From a virus (taxonomy: Duplodnaviria; Caudoviricetes): a stretch of 27,392 bases of DNA. The notes under the pieces were generated by a model. It worked only from the letters and a program-made list of their open reading frames with translations. It ran no database searches and was not told the origin of the DNA. Made by a program: the position numbers and the translations under genes. Position 1 is the first letter of the stretch, and every line of letters starts with the position of its first letter. Of the stretch, positions 21,850 to 27,392 are shown piece after piece. The DNA lies in the IMG/VR virus record IMGVR_UViG_3300037465_000378, positions 1-27,392 of that record. The stretch is one strand, 5' to 3'.

Positions 21850-21873
21850 CGAATGCGCTCCAAAGGGGAGTGG

Positions 21874-22083
21874 CTAAGGTTTCGGGGCCTCTTCCACGAT
21901 CGGCGCATTCCCGTTCTTCAGAATCTTGGCAACGTCTGTCGCGCCAAGGCTCACGAGATAGGCAGCCACGATCCCCGTGATCTTCGTCAGCCCCGCTTTG
22001 CCTTCCGCCGCGAAGATTGCAACGCATGTCCCCGCCGTAACCCAGAACTTCCTCGAGCCGAGCAGTTCTTTGATCTTGTCCAC
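21874..22083 (-). CDS. Putative holin (2 TM)
   Basis: Start reassigned to GTG 22083, 69 aa. 'LLGSRKFWV' N-terminal motif typical of small phage holins, two hydrophobic segments, charged C-terminus. Confidence 0.65.
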   Translation of the reverse strand: MDKIKELLGSRKFWVTAGTCVAIFAAEGKAGLTKITGIVAAYLVSLGATDVAKILKNGNAPIVEEAPKP

Positions 22084-22120
22084 GATATTCCCCGTTTTCC
22101 TCTCTCCCCTTGAGAAAGGT

Positions 22121-22453
22121 CTACGGAATGATGGCACCGAACGCAAGTTTCAAGGCGAACTTCCCGGCTTCGGACACGACTTCGAGCACGGTCTTCTTCA
22201 CGGTTTCGCGCGCAATCCGCGACGCCTTGCTTGCGATTAACGCCAGCGTCTCGTCAATCTTCGTTTCGTCGTAGGAGGTGTCCTGCCCGAGCATGCGTGC
22301 AAGGAGAAGCTCTGCTTTGCGCAGACTCGCCTGCTCCACGATCTCCATGTCCCTGTCTGAGAGTTGCTGCGCAGCACTCTTTACGTTTTCGACGACCTTG
22401 GTGCTGATCTGCCCGCCGAGAGACTTCAGAACTTCTCCGAGGTCGATGCTCAT
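22121..22453 (-). CDS. Hypothetical helical protein
   Basis: 110 aa, ATGA-coupled, SD GAGGAGG. Confidence 0.7.
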   Translation of the reverse strand: MSIDLGEVLKSLGGQISTKVVENVKSAAQQLSDRDMEIVEQASLRKAELLLARMLGQDTSYDETKIDETLALIASKASRIARETVKKTVLEVVSEAGKFALKLAFGAIIP

Positions 22454-22686
22454 TTTGCGAGCGCCTCCTCGCGATCTTTCACCCAGCTCTCGAAAGCGTC
22501 CCAGTAGCGGACGTCGTCGGCCTTCTGTGCTTCGGTGAGCGCTGCGTCAGCCGCACTGTACTTCAAGCTGCGCTCGCGCCAGACTTTGATTACCCCTCGT
22601 TCGCGCGCAACGGCGTCTGCCTCGGGCGTCGAGCAGCAACCTGCGAGAACGAACAACCCCAGCAGAACGACCAGCACCTTACGCAT
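22450..22686 (-). CDS. Small lipoprotein (possible o-spanin-like)
   Basis: ATG 22686 behind a strong SD GGAGGGAGG; signal 'MRKVLVVLLGLFVLAG|C' with lipobox LAGC. The frame is also open upstream to GTG 22848. Confidence 0.7.
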   Translation of the reverse strand: MRKVLVVLLGLFVLAGCCSTPEADAVARERGVIKVWRERSLKYSAADAALTEAQKADDVRYWDAFESWVKDREEALAK

Positions 22687-22844
22687 ATGCATCGCCTCCC
22701 TCCGTTTTTGCGCCATTGCACGATAGGCCTCGGTGAGTTTCTCGCGATCCTCATCCGTTAATGTCTCCTCTGTACCCACTTTGCGCCCCAGAATTTTGGA
22801 GATCAGGTCGAGCGACTGGTGATCGACCGGAGGCGTCTCGTGCT

Positions 22845-23930
22845 TCACTTGAGATACTCCTTGATGCGCCTGCGCTCTTCTGCAGAAAATTGGTAGGGAA
22901 CGTTCCTGAGATCGAGGAACTCGGTCGCGTTCGGATCTTCGTCCTTTTTCTTCAGACACGGATGTCCGAGCTCGATTGTGTTCGCTTTCGTGTCCACACG
23001 TCGCAGCTCGAAGTCTCCACCGCAGCGCTTGCACTTGGGCCACTCCTTGAGGCTGCGCATGACCGCGCCGCGCAGATTCTGGAGGGTCTTAGCGCGTTCG
23101 TTCTCGCGGAGCTGGGACATGCAGGTAAGGTCCTTTGCGAAGCGCTGTAGGTCGAGAGCTTTTCTGTTTTTCTCCTCTTCGCAATTCTTGGAGATTTCAG
23201 CGGCGTCGTGGGCAGCCCCGACAAGCCGATTACGGTCGCAGTAAGCGCACCACACCAGCTTCTTGTAGTCGTCGATAGGTGCCTCGAGATGAACACTCTC
23301 GTTGGAACTAAACGTCCCTGCAGAGAAAATGTACCGCGCAGCATCCTCCACATCCGTATGTGTGGTCGTTTTTGTCGGCTTCTCCCACCAAAGGATCGAG
23401 GCTCGGTAGAGAACCATGTGCTCGAGATGAAAAATTACGTCATCGCATTTCTGGAAGAAAGAAGGGTTCTCGTCCTCTAGCGCTTCAGCAACATCCACAT
23501 CCCCGTAACTCTTCTTTCCGAAGACGTTGCTCAACCAAATTCCCGGGCACCAAACCATGTCCACGTCGAATCTATCTCCACCAAGAACAAAGACGGGAAA
23601 CTCTGCTCCGCTGCGCAGGAGTTTTTTCTCGTGTACCCTAAACAACGCCTTCCATCCGCGCTCAGCTTTCTCCATGTCTTTGAGGGTCCACTTGAACACT
23701 TTCACGTCCTCGGGAACCCCGTCCACAACCTCTTGCCAACAGTCGAAGATAGCTGCCTTGAGGACGAGAATACGTTCCCATTCTTCCAACGGCATAACCT
23801 CATGCCCTCCAAGAAACGATTTCCGAATCACCAACGACCCATTGTAAGCATCGAAGTAGGTTGCGAAGTCTTTTCCTTCGGGCAACGTACCATTGGGCAT
23901 CAACTGGGCAAGGACCTCCTCGAGCTTCAT
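22845..23930 (-). CDS. Hypothetical protein with C-terminal Cys/His (zinc-ribbon-like) segment
   Basis: Start reassigned to ATG 23930 (ATGA overlap with terL; SD GAGGGAGAGG), 361 aa. CAYC and CKRC...HPC motifs. Confidence 0.7.
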   Translation of the reverse strand: MKLEEVLAQLMPNGTLPEGKDFATYFDAYNGSLVIRKSFLGGHEVMPLEEWERILVLKAAIFDCWQEVVDGVPEDVKVFKWTLKDMEKAERGWKALFRVHEKKLLRSGAEFPVFVLGGDRFDVDMVWCPGIWLSNVFGKKSYGDVDVAEALEDENPSFFQKCDDVIFHLEHMVLYRASILWWEKPTKTTTHTDVEDAARYIFSAGTFSSNESVHLEAPIDDYKKLVWCAYCDRNRLVGAAHDAAEISKNCEEEKNRKALDLQRFAKDLTCMSQLRENERAKTLQNLRGAVMRSLKEWPKCKRCGGDFELRRVDTKANTIELGHPCLKKKDEDPNATEFLDLRNVPYQFSAEERRRIKEYLK

Positions 23931-25276
23931 AGCCTCTCCCTCTTCGGAACGTAGCAAGTGAAACCGAAATCTCCTGTAGCATCCATTTCGCTGATTCTGT
24001 TGAACGCCCCACTGCAAGCGTCAACAATGTCGTCGTGCGACCCATTCGGGAAGGCTTCGAACTCGTCGAGCAGTTCGCGATTCCACATCGCCCGAATCAG
24101 GTAGACGTGCCCCGCCTCAACCTGCGAAGCGAAAGGTCCCGCGCGAACGCTTTTCTCCCCGGTCGTTTTGTGCCCGTAGACTTCCCATCCGTTAAGAACG
24201 TTGCGGATGTAGTGGTCTACAACAGCAACCCCTGAGCTCCCTGGTTCTTGCTCAAGCCAGATCGGGACGGTCCTCCCGTCCTCGAGCGCTGTCTCGCGGA
24301 TCTTCGCTTCGACCTCAGAAGGGCGACACCTGAAGCGCCGGATGTCGTGGATGAAAGTCTCGTTCTTCTCGTTCTGCGAGAGCAAGGCGCCAACCGTCCA
24401 GTCCGGGTCGCTGCCATTCCTTGGGACAGTGGCCGCGAAGTCCCAGAAGCGGCAGAACTTGTGTTCGAGCGGAGCTGAGTCAACAATCCGCTCCACCAGC
24501 TTCCCTCTGCTGAAGAAGGTCCCCGAGGGGAGCGCGTCCCAATTCCCTTCGAGCAAGCGCTGCCGACTCAAAGGGTCAAGGCGTGAGAGGCTGCGCTTGT
24601 AGTCCTCCTTCGCCAGATATGGATTGTCGTCGAGAGTCGCGGGAATGAAAACGCCTTTCGCTGTCCGAGGGTCAACGAAATACGCCTTCAAGTCCTCGTG
24701 CGAAATCCCTCCGGGATTGCTGGAGTAGCGGATTCTGAGAGGTATGTTCGACTTCGCTTCCTTGCGCATGCGCGAGTTCGTCACGAGTTGCATCCACCGC
24801 CAAGGGATCTGGCTGGCCTCGTCGATCCCTATGAAATGGAACGCGGCGCTCATGTACCTGTCCGGGTCCGTTGCCGTGTCCAGGTACCCGAAACCCAGAG
24901 TTGCCCTGCTCGGAAACTTCCAGCTTTTGGTCAGACCGTCCCAATGGGCGTCGGTTCCCCGGAGCACTTCCATGCTGAGATCCATCAAGGCTCCGGGCAG
25001 GGAAAGGTCTGTGTAGCTGCGTCGAAGGAGAAGGCCGTGATAGCCCGGGACGTCCACGTACTGCAGGCCTGCCATCAGGAGGGCGAAGGACTTTCCTCCA
25101 CCTGCCGCGCCTCCATACAACGCCTCCTCAACTCCGAACTTCTCAAGGCAGAGAAACGCAGCCTGCTTCGGGGTTGGGGTGAATTGAAGGAGATATTTGT
25201 TCCATCGGGGGGTGAATTGTTCTGTGAAGACCCTCTGCTCTTCGGACGACAACTGCTCGAAAGTTGCTGTGTTCAT
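23927..25276 (-). CDS. terL: Terminase large subunit
   Basis: Walker A 'YGGAAGGGKS', Walker B 'IGIDEA', 'SSNPGG', 'LDDNPYL', nuclease 'FWDFAAT', 'DWTVG', 'HDDIVDACS'. Confidence 0.95.
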   Translation of the reverse strand: MNTATFEQLSSEEQRVFTEQFTPRWNKYLLQFTPTPKQAAFLCLEKFGVEEALYGGAAGGGKSFALLMAGLQYVDVPGYHGLLLRRSYTDLSLPGALMDLSMEVLRGTDAHWDGLTKSWKFPSRATLGFGYLDTATDPDRYMSAAFHFIGIDEASQIPWRWMQLVTNSRMRKEAKSNIPLRIRYSSNPGGISHEDLKAYFVDPRTAKGVFIPATLDDNPYLAKEDYKRSLSRLDPLSRQRLLEGNWDALPSGTFFSRGKLVERIVDSAPLEHKFCRFWDFAATVPRNGSDPDWTVGALLSQNEKNETFIHDIRRFRCRPSEVEAKIRETALEDGRTVPIWLEQEPGSSGVAVVDHYIRNVLNGWEVYGHKTTGEKSVRAGPFASQVEAGHVYLIRAMWNRELLDEFEAFPNGSHDDIVDACSGAFNRISEMDATGDFGFTCYVPKRERL

Positions 25277-25812
25277 TTCCCTGGGTTCAGCTGCTCATAG
25301 TCCGCAAGAAGCTTCTGGTCCTCGCTGTTCGCAACCACCTGCCGCGCTGCAACGTCAATGACGCGCTGCACAACCCCAAGCTTGCTGAGGACCTCCATCA
25401 CTTTTGGAGCGAGGGTGGTTGCCTGCGGAAGTTCAACAACAATCTTCTGTTCGATCGGCTTCCCGCCCTCGCCTGTCAACTCAACGACCTGAGGCGCGCG
25501 CCCCCATGCTCTATCCAGGAGGGCTTCCGCGGCGCGAGTTGCTGCAGGAATGTCGTTCGAGTGGATGATCTCGCCAAGGCGGGTGATCGCTGCCGTTGTA
25601 TATTGGCGGGCAAGGAGCACAACCTCGTGAAGATTTTTGAGAACCCGTGCCCCTTGAGGGTTTCCGGACTCTCCCTTCTTCCACCGACGCCGGTTCGCCG
25701 CGAGAGCGGCCAACTGCTTCTCCGAAAGGACACGTTTCTTCTTCGGAGTGTACTCTACTTGTTTGATCTCAGTTCCGTCCGGTGCTGTTATCTTTGTTAC
25801 AGTTGCAGGCAT
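25273..25812 (-). CDS. terS: Terminase small subunit
   Basis: Directly upstream of terL (ATGA overlap). 'WKKGESGNPQG', 'AAEALLDRAWGRAPQ', 'VELTGEGGKPI' motifs. Confidence 0.85.
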   Translation of the reverse strand: MPATVTKITAPDGTEIKQVEYTPKKKRVLSEKQLAALAANRRRWKKGESGNPQGARVLKNLHEVVLLARQYTTAAITRLGEIIHSNDIPAATRAAEALLDRAWGRAPQVVELTGEGGKPIEQKIVVELPQATTLAPKVMEVLSKLGVVQRVIDVAARQVVANSEDQKLLADYEQLNPGK

Positions 25813-26031
25813 GCGTACTATTGTGCCTTAAACCGTTATCATTTGATCTTGAATTCCTAAACGCAACAAAAAATCCAATCTCCGTTCTCCTTTAACGATT
25901 GCCGCGATCCCTTGTATTTAACGATCCAAAATCCAGGTATGCCATAAGTCCCAGTGTACGTAGGGGGTACTTATGCCGAAGGCCGCGCAACTAACTATCG
26001 CCACTGCCTTTATAACGCCCTATTCTTGCAT

Positions 26032-26204
26032 ATACAAGGTAGGTCAAGTTCCGCCCCCCTCCCACGGGGGGTCCCCCTTCTTCCTCCCTCACCCTCCTTC
26101 TTAAAAAATAAAAAAATATTAGGTCTCTAAAGGACGACTCAATATCTAGAAGGGGGGGGCCTCCCCCCCTCTGGGGGGGGGTCGTCCTTTGACCTACCTT
26201 GTAT
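26032..26204. repeat. Nested inverted repeats with G/C tracts in the AT-rich region upstream of terS (possible packaging or regulatory site)
   Basis: 16-bp perfect IR ATACAAGGTAGGTCAA (26032-26047) / TTGACCTACCTTGTAT (26189-26204); 10-bp IR AAAGGACGAC (26129-26138) / GTCGTCCTTT (26181-26190); G8-C7-G9 tracts. Confidence 0.7.
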
Positions 26205-26383
26205 GAAGCCCAAGAAACGCCATAAACACATACCCCCAATTATCTTACACCAATTAAAATTCCCATATAGCAAGTTAACGCAAAATAGTTCAAGCTAATC
26301 CGTGGTTATCAAGAGCCCCCTCCCCCCTTACCTTTGCCAGTAAACGCCGTGAAGCGGTCCATTTTTCATGCCTTTATCCTCAC

Positions 26384-26491
26384 TCACCGATTCGGCGGAA
26401 TTGGCTTTCCGCGCCTTAGATTCCTCAAATGTTCCTGGCTGCGCTTGTGTTTCTTCACCAATTCATCCACCCCGCAATGCGCGCAAGACAT
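26384..26491 (-). CDS. Very small C2H2-like zinc-finger peptide (possibly the 3' part of a frameshifted gene starting at 26531)
   Basis: MSCAHCGVDELVKKHKRSQEHLRNLRRGKPIPPNR; CxxC...HxxSxxH pattern. Confidence 0.3.
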   Translation of the reverse strand: MSCAHCGVDELVKKHKRSQEHLRNLRRGKPIPPNR

Positions 26492-26527
26492 TCCGGCCTT
26501 GAAAAAGCTCGGCTGCGCCGCAGATAT

Positions 26528-26704
26528 TCATGCCTGCCCTCCGAACGCCTTCTCCGCCCCCTTGAGCCGCTTTTCAAGCTCACACTTTAGTTTGAAAAGT
26601 CGCTTGCATCTGCCCAGAGTCTCGCGGTACATCTCGTTCCGCGTCGCTTTCGCGCGGCACATCGTCTGGACCATGACTGAAACGGCGTACCACTCGTTGC
26701 TCAC
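26528..26704 (-). CDS. Small hypothetical protein
   Basis: GTG 26704 with GAGGAG/GGAG upstream, 58 aa (VSNEWYAV...KAFGGQA); GTGA and ATGA overlaps at both ends. Confidence 0.4.
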   Translation of the reverse strand: MSNEWYAVSVMVQTMCRAKATRNEMYRETLGRCKRLFKLKCELEKRLKGAEKAFGGQA

Positions 26705-26909
26705 GGACTCCAGAGCTCCTCGGAGTGCAACGAGCTCTCAATAGAGCGGGTCTTTCTTCTCCAGTTCGAGCCGGGCACGAAGCTCGGCTGCGCCGCCGCC
26801 ATCCATCCGTCCGCGTAGGCGATATCGAGCATGTGGCGCACGGTCTCGGCATCCAGCGGGCGCTCGCCGATGTTCCACGCCTGGTCTACGTATCGCTTTG
26901 TTTTCTCAT
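26701..26909 (-). pseudogene. Small gene with an apparent 1-nt frameshift just after the start
   Basis: Strong SD AGGGAGG + ATG at 26909 stops after 7 codons. Adding one A to the A4 run gives MRKTKRYVDQAWNIGERPLDAETVRHMLDIAYADGW...LWSP*, which is GTGA-coupled to the next ORF. Confidence 0.4.
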
Positions 26910-26961
26910 ATTACCTCCCTGCTTTTGCTCACTCATCACCGCCCGGCCCGTCAGTTCGCAC

Positions 26962-27390
<429 letters not shown>

Positions 27391-27392
27391 CT

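Noticed and set aside
25991-26239. 82-aa minus-strand ORF in the AT-rich region
   Set aside because: Runs through homopolymer tracts and inverted repeats with atypical composition; more likely non-coding.
26730-26800. TGA read-through or alternative genetic code suggested by 'KKDPLY*ELVALR'
   Set aside because: Many genes in the window use TGA as a coupled stop (ATGA/GTGA overlaps), so the standard code applies; the overlapping frame ending in GTGA explains the region better.

Overview
Virion morphogenesis region of a tailed (siphovirus-like, HK97-fold) phage or prophage, almost entirely on the minus strand. In transcription order (right to left): small genes and an Ala-rich repeat gene; an AT-rich intergenic region with nested inverted repeats; terS; terL; a putative lysis/membrane cluster (lipoprotein, holin-like, TM-coiled coil); small accessory genes; a GroES co-chaperonin; a portal with a long C-terminal extension; a very large MuF/SPP1 gp7-like head protein carrying two ADP-ribosyltransferase-like domains and an intein; a thermonuclease; a GC-rich block of fibre-like genes; an 892-aa polyprotein ending in an XkdF-like prohead protease; scaffold-like genes; the major capsid protein; a glycosyltransferase; head-tail joining genes; the tail tube; and the start of a tail chaperone. 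Two things stand out. (1) The MuF intein has no in-frame endonuclease. Instead, a complete HTH + Vsr/DUF559-like endonuclease gene with its own TATAAT and Shine-Dalgarno lies codon-for-codon antisense inside it. (2) A Cys-bracketed peptide, K-[ND]-C-x-x-G-x(1-4)-G-F-Q-E-G-N-[TA]-C-[GA], occurs five times in three head-module genes. Each copy heads a variable, AT-richer cargo domain bounded by Lys sites resembling the capsid maturation site, which suggests a protease-released, capsid-packaged effector cassette system. All family calls come from motif recognition by eye; no database searches were run.
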